64,000 nt of DNA from Candidatus Saccharimonadota bacterium (GCA_028289135.1 JAQGGW010000003.1:2015-66014), one strand, 5' to 3'. Positions 1 to 9,829 are shown, counted from the stretch's first letter. Program-made: numbers and translations. The notes: generated by a model from the letters alone, not told the origin.

Positions 1-82
1 TCTTGCCGGTTAGCTCTTTGACAGCAGGAATATAGGCCGCCAATGCTGCTTCAATATCAGAAAAAGTCTTGAGCTCCATCAT
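1..82 (-). CDS. N-terminal fragment of a gene running off the window (possibly FolC-like)
   Basis: Open frame MMELKTFSDIEAALAAYIPAVKELTGK from ATG at 82; too short to identify. Confidence 0.35.
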   Translation of the reverse strand, partial: MMELKTFSDIEAALAAYIPAVKELTGK

Positions 83-130
83 AACTACTTATTGTACAGA
101 TAAAATGTTAAAATACAGAGGTCATTTTAT

Positions 131-207
131 GTACCCGTAGCTCAGCTGGATAGAGCGCTAGGCTTCGAACCTAGAGGCCGGGGATTCGAGTTCCTCCGGG
201 TACACCA
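131..207 (+). tRNA. tRNA-Arg(UCG)
   Basis: Cloverleaf: acceptor GTACCCG/CGGGTAC, anticodon arm CTAGG-CT-TCG-AA-CCTAG, TTCGA T-loop, ACCA end. Confidence 0.95.
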
Positions 208-212
208 TACTT

Positions 213-413
213 ATGATAGAGATTAGCGCAGATAGAACCCTTGAAGCCATTCGCCGATGCCCCGGAGATTTACAGATCTGCGAAGTCTGGAGAGCTGCAG
301 CAATATTACAGGAAGCTACATTAGATAACCAAAAAGCGCAGGACATACGCGCTGGACTAGCTAAGGTAGCCTGCGGAGAATGCAAAGCAACTTACTTGCC
401 AGACTTCAGCTAA
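213..413 (+). CDS. Small hypothetical protein
   Basis: 66-aa ORF just after the tRNA, four Cys including a CxxC; no recognisable family. Confidence 0.4.
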   Translation: MIEISADRTLEAIRRCPGDLQICEVWRAAAILQEATLDNQKAQDIRAGLAKVACGECKATYLPDFS

Positions 414-478
414 TTTAAAAATTTTAAAGATCAGCCACTCAGCCAGTTTCCAGCTTTAGCTGTTAATAATACCCCGAG

Positions 479-934
479 ATGCGGTATTATTATAAAAAGC
501 TTATGCATAGAACTCATCACAAATTACGAGCTAAAAAGTCAAATATCATTTCGCTGCAGATACCTTCGTGGGCGAGCCGATTATATATTGGTCTGGGCTT
601 AATTTTAGTACCATGGACGGTTTACCTTGGCTCCAGCCTGCCAAGACATTATCTCTTAACCCACTGGGATATAAGCTGGACAGGTTTTGATATAGGCTTG
701 GCTGTCGCTCTTATATGTACGGGCATTTTTGCCTACATTAAATCCGTCTGGCTTATTATTGCCGCTTCAACTGCCGGCAGCCTCCTATTAGTTGACGCAT
801 GGTTTGATGTAATGAGCGAAAAGTCCCCTTTTGTATTGCACCAATCAATTTTATTGGCGCTGGTATTTGAAATCCCCCTAGCGCTCATGAGTTATTATTT
901 AGCGTTTCACACAATCAAGACCAACAAAAAATAA
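479..934 (+). CDS. Four-TM membrane protein
   Basis: Hydrophobic segments with WTGFD and DAWFD motifs; start could be 503. Confidence 0.7.
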   Translation: MRYYYKKLMHRTHHKLRAKKSNIISLQIPSWASRLYIGLGLILVPWTVYLGSSLPRHYLLTHWDISWTGFDIGLAVALICTGIFAYIKSVWLIIAASTAGSLLLVDAWFDVMSEKSPFVLHQSILLALVFEIPLALMSYYLAFHTIKTNKK

Positions 935-944
935 GAAAGGTGCC

Positions 945-1574
945 ATGCGTATAACTGTTTTGGGAGCGTCTGGGAATATTGGTCAGCGAGTAACTAAGCT
1001 GCTGTTGGAGCATGGACATGAAGTGGTGGCGATGGTGCACAGCAAGGATTTGCCAGGTTTAGATTCTGCCAAACTACACGTCATTAAGGGTGATGTTCAC
1101 AACCCAGGTGATATTAATAAGGCTATTTCAGGAAGCGACGCAGTCGTAAGTACGCTTGGATCGTGGGGCACAAAAACCAAAGATATAGTTGCCGCGGCTA
1201 CCAAAAATCTTATACCTGCCATGCAAAAAGCTGGCATTAATCGGTTTGTATCAATTACTGGCAGCGGTGCCTGTTTGCCGGGCGAGGCAAAGCCAATATC
1301 GCTCGCCTTAACACGTCTTTTGCTAAAAACTCTTCAAAAGCCAGTACTTACTGACGCCGAAAAGCATTTAAGGCTTTTGAATGAGAGCAATTTAGACTGG
1401 ACGGCACTGCGTTCACCCGTTATGACCAACAAAAGTTTGACAAGTTATGTTTTGAGATTAAAGCCATTTTCGCCGCTTGCGAACATTAGCCGCCAAGCAA
1501 TTACGATAGCGCTAGTTGAAGTAATTGAAAAAAATACTTTTAGCAAACAGGCTCCATTTATATCGGCCAAGTAA
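945..1574 (+). CDS. NAD(P)-binding oxidoreductase (NmrA/flavin-reductase-like)
   Basis: N-terminal GASGNIG Rossmann motif, DAVVS, LDWT motif. Confidence 0.85.
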   Translation: MRITVLGASGNIGQRVTKLLLEHGHEVVAMVHSKDLPGLDSAKLHVIKGDVHNPGDINKAISGSDAVVSTLGSWGTKTKDIVAAATKNLIPAMQKAGINRFVSITGSGACLPGEAKPISLALTRLLLKTLQKPVLTDAEKHLRLLNESNLDWTALRSPVMTNKSLTSYVLRLKPFSPLANISRQAITIALVEVIEKNTFSKQAPFISAK

Positions 1575-1602
1575 ACTTTTGTGTGCTAAACTTCTCCTTG
1601 CC

Positions 1603-1679
1603 GCTCCCGTAGTTCAGCTGGATAGAATGTTGGCTTCCGAAGCCAAAGATCGCTGGTTCGAATCCAGCCGGGGGCACCA
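1603..1679 (+). tRNA. tRNA-Arg(CCG)
   Basis: GCTCCCG/CGGGGGC acceptor, TTGGC-TT-CCG-AA-GCCAA anticodon arm, GGTTCGAATCC, ACCA. Confidence 0.95.
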
Positions 1680-1681
1680 AG

Positions 1682-1710
1682 CCCCAAAAAGCAGGCTTTT
1701 TGGGGACCCC
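1682..1710 (+). repeat. REP-like hairpin, copy 1 (CCCC-N6-CAGG-N6'-GGGG-ACCC)
   Basis: ccccaaaaag-cagg-ctttttgggg-acccc; related copies at 33818 and 37977. Confidence 0.75.
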
Positions 1711-1783
1711 AGTTGAAAGTTCATATTATTTTTAAATAATTTACACTTGGTTACAGTCATTTTCACTTTAAGACAGTAAACCT

Positions 1784-2437
1784 ATGAAAAATTTTAAAGC
1801 GGTTGTATTTGATGTAGATGGGACGCTCACGGAAGATAATTCGTGGTATGCCTTTACGCGCAGCCTGGGGGCTTCGGAGGCCGAGCACCTGGCCATTTAT
1901 GAGGGCCAGAGCAGCGGGCAGATTGGGCACGACGAGGCCAAGACAAAAATTCTCGCGCTTTGGCTTGCAACCGGCAAAGCAAGTAAAAAATTTATTGAAG
2001 AAACTTTTAGCAATATCCCTGTGCGCGAAGATGCATATCCATTAATAAAATGGCTCCAAGAAAATAAGTATCCAGTTTGCTTAATCACCGGCTCTTCAAG
2101 AATATATGCGGCTACTATTGCCGAAAAGCTTGGTGTTGAAGAATATTATGCCAATGCCAACTTATTTTTTGACGGGACTGGAATGCTAAAAGGTTTCCAT
2201 TACGACGCTGACCAGGCAAAAATAAAGCTTGAACACCTGGCGGAATTTTGCAAAAAACACGGCATTGAACCCACCGACTGTATCGCGATCGGTGATGGCA
2301 ACAACGACATCGGGCTTTTTAGAATCACCGGAAACGGCATCTTTGTAAAAAACGACAAAGCTTCACCCGAAGTTGAAAAAGCAGCCTGGAAATTGGTCAG
2401 TTCTCTGAGCGAAGTACGTTATTTACTGGAAAGCTAG
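1784..2437 (+). CDS. HAD-superfamily phosphatase (phosphoserine-phosphatase-like)
   Basis: FDVDGT motif I, ITGS motif II, GDGNND motif IV. Confidence 0.88.
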   Translation: MKNFKAVVFDVDGTLTEDNSWYAFTRSLGASEAEHLAIYEGQSSGQIGHDEAKTKILALWLATGKASKKFIEETFSNIPVREDAYPLIKWLQENKYPVCLITGSSRIYAATIAEKLGVEEYYANANLFFDGTGMLKGFHYDADQAKIKLEHLAEFCKKHGIEPTDCIAIGDGNNDIGLFRITGNGIFVKNDKASPEVEKAAWKLVSSLSEVRYLLES

Positions 2438-2460
2438 AAGCGGAACTCAACTGACAATAA

Positions 2461-2850
2461 TTACATTACTGGAGCTGGCGGAGCGGGTGCAGCTGGCATC
2501 ACTGGTGTTGGGGCGCTCATAGCTGGAGCCTGGGGAGCTGGCATGTCGGCATAAGACGTGTGGCTCGCCATAAACTTATAAGACTTAATAGCAAACCAAA
2601 AGCTGTAAATTCCTAAAGTAACAATAACGAGCAGGATGTTAACAACCAAAAACTTTAATACTTCACCGTAAGTGGCGGTATATTTTACCTTGCGGCCGTT
2701 AATCAGCACGTTATCAGCCAACCACGTGTTCATATAGTTATACCCAATTGGCCAGCCAAATATAGGTATATAGGCAGTTACCAGGCTAATAATACTTGCC
2801 ACAAAATAACCGCCCGGTGTCCCGGTAAATTCGAATTGCTTTAGATCCAT
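2461..2850 (-). CDS. DUF898/YjgN-like membrane protein
   Basis: FEFTG start, IVTLGIYSFW motif, Pro/Ala tail; AGGAG upstream of ATG 2850. Confidence 0.7.
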   Translation of the reverse strand: MDLKQFEFTGTPGGYFVASIISLVTAYIPIFGWPIGYNYMNTWLADNVLINGRKVKYTATYGEVLKFLVVNILLVIVTLGIYSFWFAIKSYKFMASHTSYADMPAPQAPAMSAPTPVMPAAPAPPAPVM

Positions 2851-2953
2851 AAAACTCCTCACATTATTGTTTATACTTATGGTTAGACTCTAACACACTT
2901 TAATACAGCCTGGATAGCGGCCGTTTTATTATTGCCTTTGACTGGTTAGCAAA

Positions 2954-3493
2954 CTATTTTTTGTCTTCGTCGGGTTTGGGAGCCGGCAGGTTTTTGGTGT
3001 GAGGAAATTCGGCGGCGGTTTTGATGGTCTGCTGCAGTGTCTCAACGACGCGCTTGGCGTGGTCCAGACTCATCCCAACCCGTGAAACAGCCAGAGGCTG
3101 CCCGTTTTGGCCGGCATTTTGCATAAAGTTCATAACAACCCCGTATTGGTTAATCATAACCTGGAAGGTGTCGCTGTAGACAATCCGCGCGTCCATTGGC
3201 AAAAGCATAATGGCTGGCTGCTGGCCCAGGATCTCTTCCGACGCGCCCTGCTTTTCGTCGTAGCCGGCAAGGTCCCAAAGCTGGTCGGACTCTTCGTCAC
3301 GGAGGTTAAAGTGCGTAATAAGCAGCTGCAAAATGTCTTCGCTAGGGCGGACTTCACCCTTTTCATAGGCCGTAAGGCGATCGTCTGTAATTTCTACAGC
3401 ACCAGACACTTCCGCCAGGCTTTCTTGCATACGCGTCCTAATACGAGCTAGCTCGTCACCAAGGGGTTTAAATGGGGTTTCTCCTCGTTTCAT
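2954..3493 (-). CDS. XRE-HTH protein with DUF3467-like C-terminal domain
   Basis: HTH (SLAEVS...YEKGEVRPS) plus VYSD...SRVGMSLDHAK segment. Confidence 0.65.
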   Translation of the reverse strand: MKRGETPFKPLGDELARIRTRMQESLAEVSGAVEITDDRLTAYEKGEVRPSEDILQLLITHFNLRDEESDQLWDLAGYDEKQGASEEILGQQPAIMLLPMDARIVYSDTFQVMINQYGVVMNFMQNAGQNGQPLAVSRVGMSLDHAKRVVETLQQTIKTAAEFPHTKNLPAPKPDEDKK

Positions 3494-3555
3494 CGTATTG
3501 TCTATAATAGAATTTTATGACTAAAAATGCAATCAAACGCGCTATACTAATGCTT

Positions 3556-4584
3556 ATGGATATGCAGGAAAACGTCTCTCTAAGCGGTTATTCGACCATG
3601 CGTCTTGGTGGCAAATCTGACTATTTTGTTGAGGCTAGGACAAAAGAAGACCTTGTAGCTGCGGCGGAGTGGGCAGACGAGCATGCTGTGCCGCTTCGGG
3701 TAATTGGCGGCGGCAGTAACATCATCTGGCGCGACGAGGGCTTTAAAGGTCTTTTGGTGGCAAACAAAATCCCCGGCTTTGAGAAAATAAATGAAGACCA
3801 CATAAGCGTAACCTACACATTTGGAGCAGGCGAAAACTGGGATGAAACAGTCAGAAAAACAGCTGAAATGGGGCTTTATGGGATTGAATGTTTGTCGGCG
3901 ATCCCAGGAACCGTTGGTGCAACCCCCGTCCAGAACGTTGGAGCCTATGGCCAGGACATTTCGCAGACAATGGTGAGCCTTGAAGCTTATGATTGCGTTG
4001 AAAAAAAGTTTGTAACACTCCACGGCGGTGACTGTGATTTTGGATACCGGACTTCACGGTTTAAAGGCGCGGACAATGGCCGCTTTCTAATTAGCTCAGT
4101 CGCCCTAAAACTACAAAAAAATCCGCCGGCGGCATTGTGGTCGAATTCGCTTAAGGACTACCTTGAAACTCATAATATTACCGAGCGCGATCCAATGACT
4201 TTTCGTAATGCTATTATTGCCATCCGCGCCGCAAAGCTGCCCGACCCTGCAGTTGTTGCCAATACCGGATCATTTTTTGCGAACCCGATAATATCAGACG
4301 CTGAGCTTGCCAGGATCTGGGTTAATTTCCCCGACATGCCGGCCTGGGAAGTTGGCAAGGACAGTCAAAAACTATCGGCTGGCTGGATGATTGAAGCCGC
4401 TGGGTTTAAAGGATATAGCGATCCAGAAACTGGAATGGCCACCTGGAAAAACCATGCGCTCGTGATCGTGAACGAACATGCCGAAAGCACCGGAGACCTT
4501 ATGAAGTTCCAACAAAAAATCAAAGACAAAGTCGAAGAGCTGTTTGGGGTTAGGCTAGAACAAGAACCGGAGCTTTTGCCTTAG
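3556..4584 (+). CDS. murB: UDP-N-acetylmuramate dehydrogenase
   Basis: IGGGSN, IPGTVGATPVQNVGAYG, FGYRTSRF, GSFFANP, HALVIVN, LEQEP. Confidence 0.95.
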   Translation: MDMQENVSLSGYSTMRLGGKSDYFVEARTKEDLVAAAEWADEHAVPLRVIGGGSNIIWRDEGFKGLLVANKIPGFEKINEDHISVTYTFGAGENWDETVRKTAEMGLYGIECLSAIPGTVGATPVQNVGAYGQDISQTMVSLEAYDCVEKKFVTLHGGDCDFGYRTSRFKGADNGRFLISSVALKLQKNPPAALWSNSLKDYLETHNITERDPMTFRNAIIAIRAAKLPDPAVVANTGSFFANPIISDAELARIWVNFPDMPAWEVGKDSQKLSAGWMIEAAGFKGYSDPETGMATWKNHALVIVNEHAESTGDLMKFQQKIKDKVEELFGVRLEQEPELLP

Positions 4585-4620
4585 TTTTACAATTGTAATT
4601 TTTGTTATATAATATTTAAT

Positions 4621-5088
4621 ATGCCCCAACATTCACTTTTGTATTTAGATCCACATAATGCTGAACATACACCCCTTATTGTTAATGGCCTTAATATGGG
4701 CAACGACTGGGATTCCGCTGAACTTGCAGCTGACTACATCGAGCAGGGTGTTAGTAACTTATGCAGGTGGAATGCTGAAGTAATAGTACTACAAGAGGCG
4801 AATGAACCTTTGGCTATGACTGCTTGGTATGCCACAAGAGGCCCCGAGCTCATTGGCTTGGCTAGCATCAACTATGTGTATACTGCTAAACAACAAAGAA
4901 GACTAGGTTATGGCGCTTTAGTGATTCATGCCGCCGAAGACCGAGCACGAGAGCGAGGCTTTCAGCATATATGGTTGTCCTCGGTTAGGTCGGCTGTCCC
5001 GTTTTATGAAGCACTTACTTATAGAGTCCCAGATGGTGAGACTTTAGGAAAAATGCTTACACGAATGACAAAAGATCTCACAGACTAA
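4621..5088 (+). CDS. GNAT-family acetyltransferase
   Basis: QRRLGYG motif A and AVPFYE motif B. Confidence 0.75.
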   Translation: MPQHSLLYLDPHNAEHTPLIVNGLNMGNDWDSAELAADYIEQGVSNLCRWNAEVIVLQEANEPLAMTAWYATRGPELIGLASINYVYTAKQQRRLGYGALVIHAAEDRARERGFQHIWLSSVRSAVPFYEALTYRVPDGETLGKMLTRMTKDLTD

Positions 5089-6359
5089 CTAGGCAGCGGG
5101 AAGTCGGCCGCGAACTTAGTTATTTCGCTGTGCAGTCCGGCCAGCTTCTTATCGTCTTTATGGTTCTTGACTGCATCGTTGATCCAGTCGGCGACCATGA
5201 CCATGTGCTCTTCTTTCATGCCGCGGGTTGTCAGTGCTGGCGTGCCTAGACGAATGCCGCTTGGGTCAAATGGTGAGCGCGGGTCAAACGGCACAGTGTT
5301 TTTGTTGACGGTAATTCCAGCAAGGCCCAAAGCCTTTTCGCCCTCTTTGCCGCTGATGTTTTTGTTGTTAAGGTCAATTACCATCAAGTGGTTATCGGTG
5401 CCGCCAGTAACGATATTAAAGCCTCTCTGCAGCAGTTCGGCGGCCAGCTTTTTGGAATTTTTAACTATCTGTTTGCCATATTCTTTAAATTCTGGCTGGA
5501 GAGCTTCGCCAAGGGCAACGGCGATGGCAGCAGTCTGGTGGTTATGCGGCCCGCCCTGCAAACCCGGAATTACTGCACGGTCAATGAGTGAGGGAATGTT
5601 TTCGACAGTTCGCTCTGGTTTCTTTAAAGGGTTAGAAGGGTTCCCGTTGGCCAAAATCATCGCTCCCCGCGGACCACGCAGCGTCTTATGAGTTGTTGTC
5701 ATAATTACATCAACTATTCCTGCCGGACTTGGATGCTCCCCAGCAACAACCAATCCGCTAATGTGCGAAATGTCGGCCGCCAAAAAAGCACCTGATGCAT
5801 CGGCGATCTCGCGCATTTTTTTCCAATCAATAATGCGCGGGTAGGCCGTGGTGCCGCTCATAATTAGCTTTGGTTTGTGCTCCATTGCAAGCTGCATAAT
5901 TGCGTCGTAATCCATAAAGCCGTCTTTGTCGGTTGTATACTGCACAGAGTGGTAGTATGTGCCGCTAAAGTTCACTTTTAACCCATGCGTCATATGCCCG
6001 CCAAAATAAAGCGACATGCCCATGACAGTGTCGCCTGGGTCGACCAACGCAAAATATATGGCCTGGTTAGCCGGGCAGCCAGAGTGCGGCTGGACATTGG
6101 CAAAGCTTACGCCAAACAGTTCTTTGGCCAGGTCGCGCGCCAAATTTTCGACTTTGTCTACTACTTCACAGCCGCCATAGTAGCGCATACCAGGATAGCC
6201 TTCGGAATATTTGTCGGTTAAAATTGAGCCCGAGGCCTCACGGACCGCTACCGAAGAGTGGTTTTCGCTCGGAATCATTTCCAGCCCCTGGCTTTGGCGT
6301 GCCCGCTCTTCTTCGATAAGTTTCTTTATTTGTGCGGTAACATTTTTATCATTTGTCAT
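5085..6359 (-). CDS. glyA: Serine hydroxymethyltransferase
   Basis: EGYPGMRYYGG, TTTHKTLRGPRG, GGPH, GIRLGTPALTTRG. Confidence 0.97.
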   Translation of the reverse strand: MTNDKNVTAQIKKLIEEERARQSQGLEMIPSENHSSVAVREASGSILTDKYSEGYPGMRYYGGCEVVDKVENLARDLAKELFGVSFANVQPHSGCPANQAIYFALVDPGDTVMGMSLYFGGHMTHGLKVNFSGTYYHSVQYTTDKDGFMDYDAIMQLAMEHKPKLIMSGTTAYPRIIDWKKMREIADASGAFLAADISHISGLVVAGEHPSPAGIVDVIMTTTHKTLRGPRGAMILANGNPSNPLKKPERTVENIPSLIDRAVIPGLQGGPHNHQTAAIAVALGEALQPEFKEYGKQIVKNSKKLAAELLQRGFNIVTGGTDNHLMVIDLNNKNISGKEGEKALGLAGITVNKNTVPFDPRSPFDPSGIRLGTPALTTRGMKEEHMVMVADWINDAVKNHKDDKKLAGLHSEITKFAADFPLPS

Positions 6360-6401
6360 ACTTTTACCCGCTCTTTCCTAGTTTAACGCCCAGTTATTGT
6401 A

Positions 6402-6523
6402 AGGGTTTCGTACTTTAGTGCAGTTTGGCCAAACAATCGAGCACCGGATTCGGAGTGTATACAGAAATACATGTAGAAACGGAGCGGAGATTTTTGGCCG
6501 AAATGTGCAAAGTACGGAAGCCT
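6402..6523. repeat. Intergenic palindromic (MITE-like) element, family A
   Basis: ~30-bp imperfect inverted arms; homologous to 37884-38044. Confidence 0.7.
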
Positions 6524-6641
6524 GCTCAGTTATGTTGCGTTTCATTAGATCATGGGTGTATTGTAGTTGATGTAACGCAAAAAATAAAAAAATCCGGCAA
6601 TATCGACAAAATATACCGTTCTTGATATAGTAAACAAGCTT

Positions 6642-8165
6642 ATGAATACAACCAGCGAGAAAATTGGTCACTTAATTTACCAAGTACGGCAAGAAAAAGG
6701 CCTAACCCAGGCTGAATTTGCCAAACGGCTGAACACATCGCAGTCGGCAGTTAACCGTATTGAACACGGGCACCAAAACCTTAGCATGGATATGCTAGGC
6801 CGGATTAGCGATGTTTTAAACAAGCAGATTATTAGCCTAAACACCAACGCCGTTTCACTCCGGATTGAAGGCGGCCACAAACTAAGCGGTGAGATTTCGG
6901 TTAAAACCAGCAAGAACGCTGCCGTTGGCCTGATCTGCGCTTCGCTACTTAACAAAGGCACGACCAAACTTAAGTCCGTTGCCCGCATCGAAGAAGTTAA
7001 CCGCCTGGTTGAAGTGCTTGAAAGCATTGGCGTAAAAGTCCGTTGGCTGCCCGGAAACGACCTGGAGATCAAACCGCCCGCCAAACTTAATCTTGAAAAT
7101 ATCAACGGTATAGCCGCACGCAAAACCCGCAGCGTTATCATGTTTGTCGGCGCGCTAATGCACGATTATAAAGAATTTAAGATCCCCTATGCCGGCGGCT
7201 GTGAACTTGGCAAACGAACGGTTTTGCCGCACATTTACGCGCTTGAAGAATTTGGAACGAACATCATCGCCAAAACCGGGCATTACAACATTACGTCCAA
7301 GCTCAAACTCCCAAAGCGCGATGTGGTTTTGTACGAATCCGGCGATACAACTACCGAAAACGCCTTGATGGCCGCGGCTGGATTTGAAGGCGAAACGGTT
7401 ATTAAAATGGCAAGCGCTAACTATGCAATCCAGGACATGTGTTTCTTCTTGCAAAAGCTCGGCGTCAAAATTGACGGCATCGGCACGACAACTTTGCGCG
7501 TCCGCGGCCAAAAGCGCATGAAGAAAAACATTAGCTACGCTCCAAGCGAAGACCCGGTTGAGGCCATGACTTTTATTGCGGCCGCGATTGCGACCGACTC
7601 AACGATTACTATCAAGCGCGCGCCGATTGACTTCTTAGAACTTGAACTTTTAAAGCTAGAAAAAATGGGACTGCGCTATGACACAAGCGAAAAATACAAG
7701 GCTGAAAATAATAAAACCGACCTGGTTGACCTAACTATCCACGAACACAATGGCAAGCTGATTGCGCCGGAAGACAAGCTCTATGGCCGCCCTTTCCCTG
7801 GCCTAAACATCGACAACTTACCGTATTTTGTGCCGATTGTAGCTGTTGCCAAAGGCCGCAGCATGATCCACGACTGGGTTTACGAAGACCGCGCGCTGAT
7901 GTTTACCGAAATGAAAAAGATTGGCGTTGACCTGGAGCTAGCCGACCCGCACCGGGTGTTTATTAACGGCCCAACCCGCTGGCGCGCCGCCGATTTAGTT
8001 TGCCCAAGCGGCATCCGCCCGGCAGTTATTATTTTAATCGGCATGCTGGCCGCAACCGGCACCTCCATGCTTCGCAATGTCTACACAATCAACCGCGGTT
8101 ATGAAGACCTGGCCGAGCGTTTGAATTCCCTTGGTGCGCACATCGGCATCGTTCACGAAGTATAA
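6642..8165 (+). CDS. murA: UDP-N-acetylglucosamine 1-carboxyvinyltransferase with N-terminal XRE-HTH
   Basis: HTH (LTQAEFAKRLNTSQSAVNRIE) then SKNAA, GGCELGKR, RGYEDL. Confidence 0.92.
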   Translation: MNTTSEKIGHLIYQVRQEKGLTQAEFAKRLNTSQSAVNRIEHGHQNLSMDMLGRISDVLNKQIISLNTNAVSLRIEGGHKLSGEISVKTSKNAAVGLICASLLNKGTTKLKSVARIEEVNRLVEVLESIGVKVRWLPGNDLEIKPPAKLNLENINGIAARKTRSVIMFVGALMHDYKEFKIPYAGGCELGKRTVLPHIYALEEFGTNIIAKTGHYNITSKLKLPKRDVVLYESGDTTTENALMAAAGFEGETVIKMASANYAIQDMCFFLQKLGVKIDGIGTTTLRVRGQKRMKKNISYAPSEDPVEAMTFIAAAIATDSTITIKRAPIDFLELELLKLEKMGLRYDTSEKYKAENNKTDLVDLTIHEHNGKLIAPEDKLYGRPFPGLNIDNLPYFVPIVAVAKGRSMIHDWVYEDRALMFTEMKKIGVDLELADPHRVFINGPTRWRAADLVCPSGIRPAVIILIGMLAATGTSMLRNVYTINRGYEDLAERLNSLGAHIGIVHEV

Positions 8166-8170
8166 ATGCT

Positions 8171-9829
8171 CTAGTGGGCGGCTGGAGGGCCGGCGACTGA
8201 TTCATTGTGCTCAATGTGCTTGCCGCCAGGCAGCTGGGTTGAAGCTACGAATGCTAACGCCATAAACACAACCGTATATAAAATTGCGGTTTGTGAAGCG
8301 GATGTTGTTGAAGTGTCGCTTAAAGATTTTATTTCCTGCTTTTCTGCCGGGTTAAGTGTCTGCACGGTTTGCAGCTTGCCGCCGAACTCAACTGCAGATG
8401 ATTGCGCGGACACTTCCTGGGCAATTGATGCCCGCTGCGAACTTGGAATTACCGGACTATTCGAGATGCCGCTTGTTAGATGACCAGAGAGCGTTGTTAG
8501 CAGTACCGCGCCGACGATCGCCGAACCAAGTGAAGACCCGATTTGACGCATTGTGTTGTTAACACCCGATGCTTCACCCGCTTCGTTTACCGAAACGGCT
8601 GACAAAGTCAGGTTGCTTATCTGCGCCATGCCAAGGCCCATGCCGATACCGTATAGTGCCAAGCCTGGCAAAAGGCTAAGCGCGGATGAATGAACAGACA
8701 TTGAAAAGCGGATCAAAATTAACGCGGCAACGTCTAGCACCAGCGCGACCTGGATAATACGCTTAGGCGTAAATTTCTTTGACAGCACAGCGCCCGAAAA
8801 AGGCGCGGCGACTAACAGGCCGACAGAAAGCGGCAGCAACCCGTAACCCGTATGCAGGGCGTCAAGGCCGTGTACGCTCTGAAGGAAAACTGGCACCGCA
8901 AACAACAAGCCAACCTGGCCAAGCGACATTATCATTGTGGTGACCGCGCCCGAAGTAAACTGTTTGTTTTTGAATAGTTTCATTGATACAAGCGGTGTTT
9001 TGTTTCGGCGTACCATGCTCTGTTCCCAGGCTACAAATAGGCTAAGCAGTACCACCGACAAGGCAAGCATTACTGGGACGATAGAAACCGAACCAAAGCT
9101 TATGGCGTGGCCGGCAACAGTAAAGATTTTTTGTGCGTGCAGCCAGCCGTACTGAGCGCCTTCAATAATGGCAAACACCCCGGCCAGCAGGCCGAATGAA
9201 GACAAGAGCACACCCACAAAGTCGATCGTTGGCTTTTCTTCAAGGTCGTGCGAGTCTTTGATAACAACAGAACCGATAAGCAGTAGTGCGGCCACAAAAA
9301 CGTTAATCCTAAAGCCCCAGCGCCAGCTATAGTGGCTGGTCAAAAAACCGCCCACAACTGGTCCAATTGCTGAACCAACCGCTGCCATTCCTCCCCAAAC
9401 ACCAAGCGCAGTCGCGCGGTCATGGCCTTTATAAGTTGCAACTAAAAGCGACGATGTTGCCGGCAGCATAAGCGCCGCGCCGATACCTTCGATGATAGAC
9501 TCGCCGATCAGCAACATACCGACAGAATGGCTAAGCGAAGCCAGCAATGAACCTGCAGCAAAAATAACCGCGCCTGCCATGAACAAGCGTTTACGGCCAA
9601 ACAAGTCTCCCAAACGCCCGCCCGTAATCGTCAGGGCGGCAAGTGTTAGGGCATAGGCGGTAATAACCCACTGGATGGCCTGGATGTTGGTGTGAAGCTC
9701 ACGGATGATTGTGCCAAGTGAAACGTTAAGCAGCGTCGTGTCGATAACGATAATCAAAACTGCCATGCCAAGTACAACCAGCGGCAGCCATTTTTTTAGT
9801 CCTGTTGGTGCGTGTGTTTCCGTGTTCAT
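8171..9829 (-). CDS. DHA2 (14-TMS) MFS efflux transporter
   Basis: DTTLLNV, WVITAY, GRLGDLFGRKR motif A, GPVVGG. Confidence 0.92.
   Translation of the reverse strand: MNTETHAPTGLKKWLPLVVLGMAVLIIVIDTTLLNVSLGTIIRELHTNIQAIQWVITAYALTLAALTITGGRLGDLFGRKRLFMAGAVIFAAGSLLASLSHSVGMLLIGESIIEGIGAALMLPATSSLLVATYKGHDRATALGVWGGMAAVGSAIGPVVGGFLTSHYSWRWGFRINVFVAALLLIGSVVIKDSHDLEEKPTIDFVGVLLSSFGLLAGVFAIIEGAQYGWLHAQKIFTVAGHAISFGSVSIVPVMLALSVVLLSLFVAWEQSMVRRNKTPLVSMKLFKNKQFTSGAVTTMIMSLGQVGLLFAVPVFLQSVHGLDALHTGYGLLPLSVGLLVAAPFSGAVLSKKFTPKRIIQVALVLDVAALILIRFSMSVHSSALSLLPGLALYGIGMGLGMAQISNLTLSAVSVNEAGEASGVNNTMRQIGSSLGSAIVGAVLLTTLSGHLTSGISNSPVIPSSQRASIAQEVSAQSSAVEFGGKLQTVQTLNPAEKQEIKSLSDTSTTSASQTAILYTVVFMALAFVASTQLPGGKHIEHNESVAGPPAAH

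Noticed and set aside
6378..6671. Short ORFs in palindromic spacers (6378-6671, 6425-6625, 32269-32475, 37909-38133)
   Set aside because: They coincide with inverted-repeat elements and lack protein-like features
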